NCBI GenBank assembly: GCA_964188305.1 | Contig: OZ076894.1 | DNA length: 64,000 nucleotides | Strand: one strand, 5' to 3' | Origin: Podarcis bocagei | Taxonomy: Eukaryota | Part shown: one piece after another, positions 49,635 through 60,890 of the stretch | Layout: each line of letters begins with the position of its first letter | Numbering within the stretch: position 1 is the stretch's first letter | Made by a program: the position numbers and the translations under genes | The notes under the pieces: model-generated | Seen by the model: only the letters and a program-made list of their open reading frames with translations | Databases searched by the model: none | What the model was told of the DNA's origin: nothing

Positions 49635-49814
49635 TAAAACAGAACACAAAGGAAAGGTCATCAGGACAAAAGTAACTGTACTGCATTTTCATGTTCCACA
49701 AGCTTGTTTTATGTAATTATGCTCTAGTTTAAGACATTATTTATCATTTAAATTCAATTGCTAATACCCTAAGAGAAATTCACATGGAATTTATGTACTT
49801 TCCTCATTCAGTAG

Positions 49815-50171
49815 TAAGGGGGTAAAGGGACCCCTGACCATTAGGTCCAGTCGTGACCGACTCTGGGGTTGCGGCACTCATCTTGCTTTATTGGCTGAGG
49901 AAGCCGGCGTACAGCTTCTGGGTCATGTGGCCAGCATGACTAAGCCGCTTCTGGCAAACCAGAGCAGCGCATGGAAATGCCGTTTACCTTCCTGCCAGAG
50001 CAGTACCTATTTATCTACTTGCACTTTGACTTGCTTTCGCACTGCTAGGTTGGCAGGAGCATGGACCAAGCAACAGGAGCTCACCCCGTTGCAGGGATTC
50101 GAACCGCCAACCTTCTGATCAGCAAGTCCTAGGCTCTGTGGTTTAACCCACAGCGCCACCTGCGACCAGAC
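49815..50171 (-). mobile_element. Sauria SINE
   Basis: Reverse complement of the Sauria SINE; perfect 14-bp TSD TCCTCATTCAGTAG (49801-49814 and 50172-50185). Confidence 0.94.
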
Positions 50172-50725
50172 TCCTCATTCAGTAGGGATGAGCAAAATCT
50201 GTAAATTGCATCCAACCAAACCATTTCACAAGGAACCTTATCTGCACAATCAAACTTCCCCACTCTCCTCGCCCCCTAAATCTGTTCTGTAAACCCAATC
50301 CTCCAAAACAGATTTACGAGGTGTGCAGCAGCACAAAGAGAAAGGTATGGATAGCTCCGTCAGTACAGTATAAGGCTCTACAGATATCCCTGTATCTCTG
50401 TGACACTTAGTGATGTTTACTACCATAACTTACTGCTATGTATCATAACATGCCAATACCCTTACATTTCAGTTTGAAAGATGGGGGCCCAAAACTGAAA
50501 ACTGGTGACTAGAATACTATGAGTCAATGGCAAAGGAGGAACTTGAATACAGGTGTCCCAAATTGACTACACCAGTCATGAATTCAAGGCTGTATTCAAA
50601 CCTGATTCTCTTTAGATGTTTCTGGACTGCAGGTCCCATCATTCATGGCCAACAGTCAAGCTGCCTGGGTCTGTAGTAGTCCAAAACATCAGGATGGCAC
50701 CAGAGATAAAATCATAAAGGCTGTA

Positions 50726-50967
50726 CAGTGGTGCCTCAGGTTAAGAACTTAATTCATTCTGGAGGTCCATTCTTAACCTGAAACTGTTCTTAACCTGAGG
50801 TACTACTTTAGCTAATGGGGCCTCCTGCTGCCGCTGTGCCGCCGCCATGAAATTTCTGTTCTCATCCTGAAGCAAAGTTCTTAACCTGAGGTACTATTTA
50901 TGGGTTAGCAGAGTCTGAAACCTGAAGAGTCTGTAACCTGAAGCGTCTGTAACCCGAGATACCACTG
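50726..50967. mobile_element. Tigger-like MITE, same family as 165-383
   Basis: CAGTGGTGCCTCAGGTTA / TAACCCGAGATACCACTG; TA TSD. Confidence 0.88.
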
Positions 50968-53025
50968 TACTGCGCCAGACTGCCTCTAATACACCCACAG
51001 AGAGAGACACCCACAGCTTGAGGTGATAGAGAGCTGGACTACCTATCCCCTTTTTCTGAAAGTAGATCAGGTTGATTGCTTTCCAAGCAGGGTTGGGCCA
51101 TTATATTTTTCACCATGGAGGCCCATGCCAGAAATAATCCTGGCCCTGAAGGCCACATATTTTAAGTGCATGTAATTAAAATAATTTGTATTTTTTTAAT
51201 TATAGCTCATCCAAATTACCTCATAATGAGTGTGCTGCATTAATTCCACAATACTCTTAATTCTGAAACTGTTAGGCTTCGTACATAAATGCTGAAACCA
51301 TTATCCCGCTCCCGTAAGGTTGACTGGCATACAAAAATGTGATGTGAACATCATTTCCAGCACTGGATCTGTGCACCCAGCTGCAAACATTGCTCAAAAA
51401 CTGGTTGTGGGGCCCAAGAGACAATCACTGAATCAACTTGCCTGAGATGGGTGTGAAAGTGTGGCAGTGAATCCAGCCCTTGTACCCCACCCAAAGGAAG
51501 ACAAGTGTCAACCATTGAACTCCACAGCTAATTCTGGCTGTCAGGCAACCACAGCAGTGCCCACGCAATGCACAACATGCCTGTTTCTGACCTGATAACA
51601 TTGTTGATTAGTCATTATTGAAGTCTTCATCTTAAATCCATCATTTCTATTGTAGAAACTCTTTAGAATGGCTGCATTTGCATATGGGACTTTGGCTCAC
51701 AGAAGACAGATGTCGCCAGCAGTTTGGTTACACAAAACTCTGGGAATCCATGTGGAAGTGAGAATAGCAGCAGAGTAGGTAGGTGACACAATGGGATGCC
51801 TCAATGAGCCCAAGGAAGGTTGTTTCATCTGGAGGAAGCGAGGCTAGAATGCCATAACACTTCAGCGGCTTCATGAGGGGAAAGCCGGTAATGTTCTGAA
51901 GTGCAATAATTGCCAATTAAGGTACTCAAGTGTTTGCCTAGAATACTACAATAGGTTCGCTGCATATTCCGTGCCTGAAGCCTACAGAGGCTCACTGTGC
52001 AAATGTACACCTTCCTCTTTTTTCATGCTCTATGAACATGGAGCTAATTTTAAAAATGTAGGTGCTACCAGCAGCTACCCTGTATTATGCATGTTTGATT
52101 TAAGGGGGCACTACTTCTCAGCAGCATGCCAATGACCAGTAATTGCTATTTCCCCTCCAACACATGAAGTGCACAGTGGCTTTTTGGCAATGCATAATCA
52201 AAGAAGTTCAGCAGTTCTTTCGGAATATCACACTGTTAATAGCTAAGGGCTGCATGTTCTCAGAAGCTAGTACTTTCTTGTGCTAACCACATCACATCTT
52301 ATTTATGGATGAGCCTAAGTAAGCCACTGATGTGTTTATATACACCAGTAAAATCAAATCATTTCTCAAGTCTGAATGGCATTTTTAAAAAGCCGACGTA
52401 GCTGCTGTGAAAGTAATAATGTGTATTATTTTAAGCTCTCCTTTTGCCTGCTGCATTTACCATGCTTATAGCACAAACTTCAGACTGCATTTAATGTGCA
52501 ATTTATTTGCAAGAGCAAATAAGGAACACCTCATTTGCAGAAGCCATGCCATGGGTGTAGAAGGGAAGTTACTATTATGGCTGTTTAATATTCAAGCAGT
52601 GTCAGAAATGTCCTAGACACGCAACAGCCAGAAAATCTGCAGGAGTCCTTGTTTAAAAAATCCTGAAGCTTAGGTCACTCTTTGTTCCTCATTTTTAAAA
52701 TCAAACCTTACATTTATTTCAATACTCTTTCATTCTACTTTCTATCCTAACTGGGTCCAGCAGTATTGTTGCTGATTGGCTACAGTTGGGAACCAGACAG
52801 AAGGAAGTTAATTGTGGTCAGGGCTCAGTTATGGATAACGACAGAACAGGCCCTGTGACCTAGAGGTTGAAATAGGATATGGGATGCAAACTCCCCTAAT
52901 TTGTCAGGTTTGAAGGTCCTTGAACAAATGCTGTGGCTGGAAGTTCAAGAAGTGACAATGAGCACCTCTTGACTGCCACTATTTTTGTGGGAAGGAATCA
53001 AATGTTTGCCAGAAATTTAGGTTTG

Positions 53026-53610
53026 GAAGAAATTTAAGAACTATCTTAAGAAACATTGCAAAATTAATGAATGTTAGAATGATGCTGGTTTAGAAATTAA
53101 ATGGATTACAGCTGTAAGGATTAAGTTAAGAGAAAAGAAAGGTTAAAAATTAGATAAATTTAAGGGTGAGGATTTGCTAAATTAAAGTTTGAAATTGGAA
53201 TGCAGAAAGGGGAGGTATGAGGAGGTCGGTGAAATAAGTTTTAAGAAAATAAGGTACTGAAACTATACTTGTTTTTTCTTTTTATTTTATTTTTGTTTGT
53301 GTTTGTGTGTATTGATATGTTTGTTATAATTTGTAAAATCCTAATAAATATTTATAAAAAAAGGATTTGCTTCAGTGCGAGCTTAGTCTGGCCTTGACCT
53401 TCCACACTGCAAGTTGCTAGTCATGGAGCTATCCAAGGTACTGCATCTATAGCCTAGCCACAATGACATCATGTTACCGACTGCTGCGTAAGTTATAAGA
53501 AAATAAGGGTTTGAAATTATACTTGTTCTTTTTTGTTTGTGTTTGTTTGTATTGTTGTGTTTGTCTGTATAATTTGTGGAACTTTAATAAATATTTTATA
53601 ATAATAAAAA
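53026..53610 (+). mobile_element. L1 insertion: 3' end + ~125 bp non-L1 DNA + a second L1 3' tail inside one TSD
   Basis: 15-bp TSD AGAAATTTAGGTTTG (53011-53025 and 53611-53625); KKFKNYLKKHCKINEC* ORF2 end; two AATAAA/A-rich tails. Confidence 0.85.
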
Positions 53611-54527
53611 AGAAATTTAGGTTTGTATAACTAAAGTGGATTAAATTGCCACAGAGCCCTAGCATAACAAACCCATTTTTAATTAAAAGAAAAACTGGGA
53701 ATAAAAACACTGTTGTGGTTAAGAAAGTATGGAGGAAACATACTGAAAAGTATGGGGTGAGCAAATAGGAAGATGTATAAACACCACACAAGAAAAATCA
53801 GGATGAATGCTTGTTTTATAGCCTCCCTGCAAAGACATCGGGGTTGGATGCTCAGTTAAGACTGGGTACATTTCACTGAATTTTTGGAGCTGATTTTTAT
53901 GTGTAATGTTAATTTGGATACTAAAAAGGATGTTCTATTTAGCTGTTAATTGTGTTTTACAGAATGTAAAAAATTATTTGTTCCCCCCCCCCTTGCTGTT
54001 TATTCTAACTTACATTGAAAACTTGAGAGTTTTGTTTAAATAGGAGCAGTATATAAATCTTCAGCAGCAGCATCTAAACACTGCATAAACTTTATGTAAG
54101 CAAATCGAGATGGAGATGAAGGATCAATAAACAGGTCATCTGGAGGAGCACTTTTCAGCTGCTGCAGCTAACAGCATTGATAAACGTCCCACCACAAGAC
54201 CAGAGTTATGCTTCTGGCAAATGGCCATATGCATTGCATGAGCCAAACCAAGCTAAAAGTTGGGGTTGCGTAGGTGTCCCTCCTTTGACTTCCCATGTTT
54301 CATAGACTAAGGAAATTGTGCAGGCTAAGGAAATGGAGGAGTTGGAATACATGATCTGGAAAGAAGGGCAAAAGTCCTTCCAGCAGAAACCGGAGACACA
54401 GAGGTTGATGACGGAATTTGTACACCAGCCCCGGAGATCTGCCACAGTATGGATATTATTGCTATGCTGCTTTCATCGTTTCCTTGTTGTCCATATTTGG
54501 AGAAGAACCAGAGCTGTGTTAAAGCAG

Positions 54528-54620
54528 AAGCCAGTGTGGCATAATGGTTAGAGTGTTGGACTAGACCCTGGGAGAGCAGGGTTCGAATCCCCACCCAGCT
54601 GTGAAACTCACTGGGTGCCC
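54528..54620 (+). mobile_element. tRNA-derived SINE head fragment
   Basis: A box TGGCATAATGG and B box GGTTCGAATCC. Confidence 0.7.
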
Positions 54621-54814
54621 TCATTGCTTGGCATCTCTGGTTAAAAGAATCATGTAGCAGGAGCAGCATAGGAATATTTATTATACTAAGTCATACCAAT
54701 GGTCCACTTAGCTCTGTATTTTATATAGTGGCTCTCCAGAATTTCAGGCAAGGTTGTCTTCCAGTCCTAATTGGAGATGATGGGGATTGGACCTGGGGCC
54801 TTCTGTATGCAAAG

Positions 54815-55070
54815 CAGTGGTGTAGCTAGCTACCCTGTGCCCGGGGCAGCCTCGCTGCCGCCTCAGCTGTAGGGTGACTGAGGGTGGGGCAGTGGGCAGA
54901 CGCAAGCCCCACACTGCTGTTTCAGGCAGCGCAGATCCTAAAGGTGCCCGAACCACCGTGCCACTCCCAGGAGAGACATATAGCTCAGGTGCGCTGCAGG
55001 ACCTGCGGTAAGTGCTACCCCCGCAGTGTGGCGCCTAGTGCCCCTGCCCCCCCCCCCAGCTATGCCTCTG
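54815..55070. mobile_element. hAT-type MITE inserted in a minus-strand tRNA-like repeat
   Basis: TIRs CAGTGGTGTAGCT / AGCTATGCCTCTG; TSD ATGCAAAG/GTGCAAAG (7 of 8 match). Confidence 0.8.
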
Positions 55071-55506
55071 GTGCAAAGCAGAAGCTCTGCTACTGAGCTA
55101 CAGTCCTGGAGTGATGCTGTACGTGGCAAAGAGTCTGTATAAGGCAGGATAAGGCAACTTTCTATGGTCCATAATTTAGAAGCTTACATAGCCAAATGTA
55201 AGGTGAGCCCTCCCCCCCCCCCCATGCTGTGATCAGGAATTGCTGCAGACAATTTTAAAGGGACTCATTCTGGAGTAAAACTTCAGCGAACCTAATTGCA
55301 GGCATGATTCCACTTTGACTAGTCCTGGTTATTATCCTAAGCATAAGATGCTTTGGCTTATTATAAAGAAGGAAGCTCATAGATTACCATTTACATATCA
55401 GAACTAAGGCAGCAGAAATGTCAAGCAGCAGATGCCTTGACTTTCTTCCGAAATGTATATCCTATAGACTCTTCCAAAGCAACAGAAAAATCAGCCTCTT
55501 CTCAAT

Positions 55507-56216
55507 TAGAATCATAGAATCATAGAATCATAGAGTTGGAATAGACCACAAGGGCCATCGAGTCCAACCCCCTGCCAAGCAGGAAACACCATCAGAACAC
55601 TCCTGACATATGGTTGTCAAGCCTCTGCTTAAAGACCTCCAAAGTAGGAGACTCCACCACACTCCTTGGCAGCAAATTCCACTGTCGAACAGCTCTTACT
55701 GTCAGGAAGTTCTTCCTAATGTTTAGGTGGAATCTTCTTTCTTGTAGTTTGGATCCATTGCTCCGTGTCCGCTTCTCTGGAGCAGCAGAAAACAACCTTT
55801 CTCCCTCCTCAATGTGACATCCTTTTATATATTTGAACATGGCTATCATATCACCCCTTAACCTCCTCTTCTCCAGGCTAAACATGCCCAGCTCCCTTAG
55901 CCGTTCCTCATAAGGCATCGTTTCCAGGCCTTTGACCATTTTGGTTGCCCTCCTCTGGACACGTTCCAGTTTGTCAGTGTCCTTCTTGAACTGTGGTGCC
56001 CAGAACTGGACACAGTACTCCAGGTGAGGTCTGACCAGAGCAGAATACAGTGGCACTATTACTTCCCTTGATCTAGATGCTATACTCCTATTGATGCAGC
56101 CCAGAATTACATTGGCTTTTTTAGCTGCCGCGTCACACTGTTGGCTCATGTCAAGTTTGTGGTCAACCAGGACTCCTAGATCCTTGTCACATGTACTGCT
56201 CACAAGCCAGGTGTCA
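55507..56216 (-). mobile_element. Young CR1 LINE 3' end
   Basis: Nearly identical to the 24405 and 42143 copies; ORF2 end open; (CATAGAAT)n. Confidence 0.96.
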
Positions 56217-56850
56217 AAAATAATTTACTTTTAGTAAAGTGCTATCTTTTTTCCTTTCTTTAATTTTACTTCTGTATGGTATAAAGGATATTTCCCCCTA
56301 AATCGCATAATTATAGCAAACACTTTCAGGGATCTATACCTTAACAGCGCATTCTTGGTAATACTGTATATTAAGCAACTATTGACTTGTGTTTTGAGTC
56401 AATTTCAAGAAGGAAATATTGTCTGTGGAGAAAAAAGGAAAATCAATATCTACCTTGAGGGTTATGCAGTCTTGATGCTGACTTACTGCAGACATCAATC
56501 AATGCCTGCTACACTGTATCTGTTTTAAAGCTTTTGTCCTTAAAACAACAAAACTTCAGTAATGCCTACAAAGATTATCTTCACCAGAAGCTTAAATCCA
56601 CCAACACACAAGTCCAGGTCTGTAATGCGCTGAATCTCATGTTGAGTTTATCTATAAATACCAGCCAAGTACTACCCCAGGGCTCCACTTGGGTCCAATG
56701 CCAACCCAAGGTGAGTTGGGTAGATCAGGGTAGGGCAACTACTATTGTCATTAGAATGTGCAGTGTGCTGGCTGCCATTATTTTGAGGGTGGGATTCAAT
56801 CACATACCAAAAATACAGGTTGCATAATTACAATGAATTGGCACTCTTAC

Positions 56851-57099
56851 CAGTGGAGGCTGGTCCATTAGGATGAATGGGGCATTGCCCCAACAACCTC
56901 CTGCATTCCTGTCTTCAGCACAACTAGTCCAAGGCACTGACTGTCAGCTTCCTCCTCCTCAGGCTCAGTAGAACTCAGCAGGGAGGATGGAAACAAGGCT
57001 AGAATTAGTTGGCTCCTCCTGCCATTGGCTTTGGCGCCACCTGCTGTTGGTCTCCCTGCCTTCTGCCCTACCAGTCCCAATGGACACTAGTCACCACTG
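56851..57099. mobile_element. hAT-like MITE, decayed
   Basis: Imperfect TIRs CAGTGGAGGCTGGTCCA / TGGACACTAGTCACCACTG; no clear TSD. Confidence 0.5.
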
Positions 57100-57612
57100 C
57101 TTTCCCCCAGAATCAAACTTCTGACTAGAAAATTCACTGGAAAGTGTGAAACAATAGCTTGACCTGATGTCATGTAGCTTTGAAATTCACACCCTTCCAA
57201 ATTTTGTAGCGCAGTCCTCCAATCAAGTGCCCAAATGCATTTAGTTGGTAAAGTGTGCATAAAATGTATACATCGGTGAAAATAACACACAGCATGCATT
57301 TTACTGAGGAAAATTGCATACCAAAATGTGTATATTGGGAGACATTCACTCAAATACTGCTGGATTTTCATGAGCCCCTACTCCCCCCCCTTAAAAAAAA
57401 GTGGAGAACTGAACTTAAGAGTGAAAAACAACAACAGGGTGAAAGAATTGACAGATTCACCTGTCCCTAATCATGACCTACACATTCTCCCATTTCACCT
57501 CTGTCTGGCCCCATATAGGAAGAAAGTATCTTAGAAACTAACTAATGCCACTGAAAAGTACACTGCTGCTGTTTTCTTTTTTATGCTTTTACATTTCTTT
57601 ACAGAAACTCAC

Positions 57613-57837
57613 CTTCGAAAACCCTGGAGGCACAGAGCAGGGAAAAAGCTCACAACTGCAATCTCTGACAGTAAAATAATGTGAGAATTTACGATAAGTC
57701 TGAAAAATGATGACTCTGTCATTCCCAATACCATTCAGTGTGCAGGAGTCATCATTTTTCATTGAAGACTTCAAGCCAGCAGGTGTGAAGCTGAGCGGGG
57801 AGAAACTTAGCATGTGGCATACTGAGATCATCTCCAT
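57613..57837 (-). other. Candidate host-gene exon: 11-nt microexon 57623-57613, or a 75-codon ATG-initiated exon 57837-57613
   Basis: Donor AAG|GTGAGT; acceptor CTTTTTCCCTGCTCTGTGCCTCCAG| 11 nt upstream; in-frame Kozak GCCAACATGG at 57837; host gene not recognised. Confidence 0.4.
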
Positions 57838-58346
57838 GTTGGCGGTGGGAGGTGGAGGAAAGACATGGGCAATGTCACTTGTTGAAGGGTGCAATTACAT
57901 GGACTGGGCAGCTGGTGCAAGCATTTACTGCCCAATCCATTTGCTCTTGGCAAATTAAACCTTTGCACTGCATTTTGCATATGACTCTGCCAAACAAAAA
58001 AGAGACTCACTTGCAGTAGGGCCACATTCACACCATAGTTCAAACCAGAGTTTTAAGGAGATCCCTATTCCTCACCCAGAGCTGCAGTTTAGTGTAGTTT
58101 AACAAACAATCCCTCTTCACAGGGACTGCAGCTCTGTGACGGAACTAGGACAGAGTAGGGCTGTTGAGGCTGCGGCCTTGGGAAATGGGATGTGCTCTGT
58201 GCACTGTCCTGAGGGCCAGACTTAGAGACCTGGAGGACTGTAGTTGGCCTGAGAGCTTCAGGGTGTAGTTTTCTCGCATTGCACACCAACGTTCTCATCT
58301 GCCACAATATCCCTCTTGCATTCAACCCATGGAAGAGGCCTGATGA

Positions 58347-59558
58347 CAAAGTGCGAGATTGGTTACATTATGCTCAGATCAGGGAGGTCTTTAATTTGGA
58401 TAAAAAAACAGGTTTCCAGGTGGAAAAATCGAAATTAGAAACAGAACTGTTAGAACCTAAGACCAAGGTACCTTCAAAAATGTATAACTTGCTGTTGAAA
58501 TGGAATACGCAGGATGAAACTGTCAAATCAGCTATGATAAAATGGGCACAGGACATTGGGCACAATATTATGTTTGCTGACTGGGAAAAGTTATGGACCA
58601 CCGGAATGAGGTTCACGGCATGCAATGCCTTGAAAGAAAACATTATGAAAATGATATACAGGTGGTACATGACCCCAGTCAAGCTGGCAAAAATATATCA
58701 TTTGCCTGATAATAAATGTTGGAAATGTAAAGGAACTGAAGGAACATTCTTTCACCTCTGGTGGACGTGCCCAAGGGTTGAGGCTTTCTGGGAAATGATC
58801 TATAATGAGTTAAAAAAGGTATTTAAGTATACCTTCCTTAAGAAACCAGAGGCCTTCCTTTTGGGCATTGTCGGCCAAGGGGTGCTAAAGAAAGATAGAA
58901 CCTTTTTTATGTATGCAACAACAGCAGCAAGAATACTCATCACAAAGCACTGGAAGACCCAGTATTTACCCACACTGGAAGAATGGCAGACGCAACTGAT
59001 AGACTACATGGAGCTGGCTGAAATGACTGGCAGAATTCGGGACCTGGGAGAAGAGACGGTGGAAGAGGACTGGAAAAAATTTAAAGACTATTTACAAAAA
59101 CACTATAAAGTGTATGAATGTTAGGAGAATGCACGATTGAAAGTAACATGGCAGCAGTAATTTTGTTGTAAGACATATGAGAATAAGTGAGGTTAAAGGA
59201 AATGATGAAACTCGAAGCAATATTATGTTCAAACCAAGCAGTTTAATTTACGATAAAGTTATTTAAAATTTGGGACATAATATCTGAGATTTATAAAATA
59301 AGAACTGAAATAAGGTAACAAATTGCTGTCTATAACTATGTGACTGAGAACGCAGGGAAGGGTGATGCGAGGAAGTCCAAAGATTATGAAAATATGACTT
59401 ATGAACAACTGTATTTTATACGTACTCTTCTTTCATTCTTTGTTTACCTCTTAATTTTGTTTTGACTTTTTCTGTGTGTATGGTGATGGTATTTTATATG
59501 TTTGGTGGTTTGTTTGTTGTTTAAAAATTGCAATAAATATCTTTTTTTTTTAAAAAAA
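58347..59558 (+). mobile_element. L1-clade LINE, 5'-truncated, young
   Basis: 16-bp TSD GGAAGAGGCCTGATGA (58331-58346 and 59559-59574); AATAAA and an A-rich tail. Confidence 0.95.
58348..59124 (+). CDS. L1 ORF2 C-terminal fragment with a CCHC zinc knuckle; no native start
   Basis: Open frame with YRWYMTPVKL and CWKCKGTEGTFFHLWWTC (C-x2-C-x8-H-x4-C). Confidence 0.85.
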   Translation, partial: KVRDWLHYAQIREVFNLDKKTGFQVEKSKLETELLEPKTKVPSKMYNLLLKWNTQDETVKSAMIKWAQDIGHNIMFADWEKLWTTGMRFTACNALKENIMKMIYRWYMTPVKLAKIYHLPDNKCWKCKGTEGTFFHLWWTCPRVEAFWEMIYNELKKVFKYTFLKKPEAFLLGIVGQGVLKKDRTFFMYATTAARILITKHWKTQYLPTLEEWQTQLIDYMELAEMTGRIRDLGEETVEEDWKKFKDYLQKHYKVYEC

Positions 59559-59679
59559 GGAAGAGGCCTGATGAACTCCACAAGCTGTCCCTTTAATGTC
59601 AACTCTCGTCACAAACACAGAATGGAAATTATTGATTTCATCCTTGTAAACTCTTTAGAAGCCATTTTGTAAACAAACA

Positions 59680-59880
59680 TTGGATCAGGCCAATGGCCCA
59701 TCTAGTCCGGCATCCTGTTCTCACTGATGCGCATGGAAACTTTGCAACCTGAGCGCAAAAGCCCTCTCCCCTCCTGTGCTTTCCAGCAACTGGTACCCAG
59801 AAGGGTTACTGCTTCAGACTGCAGAGCATAGCCATAGATAGCCTTATCCTCCATGAATAGCTCCAATCCTCTTTTAAAGA
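59680..59880 (-). mobile_element. Older CR1 3' UTR fragment
   Basis: GGATCAGGCCAATGGCCCATCTAGTCC...AATCCTCTTTTAAAG. Confidence 0.7.
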
Positions 59881-60229
59881 ACACCCTCCAACATTTCTCC
59901 GATGAAAATAGGGACGTCCCATTCCATAATGATAATTTAACTATTTATACCCCCCCACACACACACACCTTATTTAGTTTCCCTAGTTCTCTGGCCAGGT
60001 TCCAACATACATAAAAACAGAATAGAACTTTAAACATTAAAAAAACAAAAAACCCTTCCCTATACAGGACTGCCTTTGGGTGGCTCCAGGGGTTGGATAA
60101 CTCCATACCCTTGAATGAAAATAAGGACATCCTAAGGAAAAGTGGGACATTCTGGGATCAAATCAGAAGCTGGGATAGCTTCTCAAAATCAGAGACATCC
60201 CTGGAAAACAGGGACACTTGGAGGGTCTG
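59881..60229. mobile_element. Composite MITE containing an inverted L2 3' tail (second copy)
   Basis: TIRs ACCCTCCAA / TTGGAGGGT; same head-L2 tail-head-body layout as 23830. Confidence 0.75.
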
Positions 60230-60275
60230 TTACTGCTTTCTCTGGGAGTTTAACTCTAAGCTGCATGAAGAAGTT

Positions 60276-60522
60276 CAGTCATAGCTTGGTTCTTGTACGC
60301 CTTGGTACGCAAACGTTTTGGCTTCTGAACACTGAAAACCCAGAAGTGTTCCGGTTTTTGAACGTTCTTTGGAAGCCAAACGTCCAATGTGGCTTCCACG
60401 GCTTGCGACTGAGTGCAGGAAGCTCCTGCAGCCAATCGAAAGCTGCACCTTTGTTTTTTAATGGTTCTGGGAGTCAAACAGACTCCTGGAATGGATTAAG
60501 TTCGACAGCCAAGGTACCACTG
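60276..60522. mobile_element. Tigger-like MITE
   Basis: CAGTCATAGCTTGG / CCAAGGTACCACTG-TA; body matches 11875-12125. Confidence 0.82.
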
Positions 60523-60859
60523 TACGTGCTTTTCTGTGTCCTGAATCTTTCAACATAAATTAATAGATTAATGATTAAAAATGATAAATATAAATTAACC
60601 ACCACAACACCACCTAAAAGGCCATCTTTTTCTAAAGAGATTTTGCCCTCTTGGCATCTCTAAAATGAATTGAGTAAGGAGTGATGGAAAGTAACTGAGA
60701 GCACCATGAAGGCTTTTTGCATCAGCAGAGCCGTTTTCTTTCCGCTTTCCTTTCTCTTTCCCATTTAGAAAGAGATAGAAATTTCCTTGCCTGATTTTCT
60801 GTTAAACTGCTTCAGTAATAGGACTGGGATGAATTTTAATATAGACTTGGTCCCAGTAT

Positions 60860-60890
<31 letters not shown>

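Noticed and set aside
54528-54620. tRNA gene
   Set aside because: A and B boxes are present, but I could not build a clean cloverleaf or find a terminator, and it continues into SINE-type sequence.
58279-58346. N-terminal extension of the 281-aa L1 ORF
   Set aside because: It lies outside the TSD-defined insertion and starts at TTG in flanking DNA.
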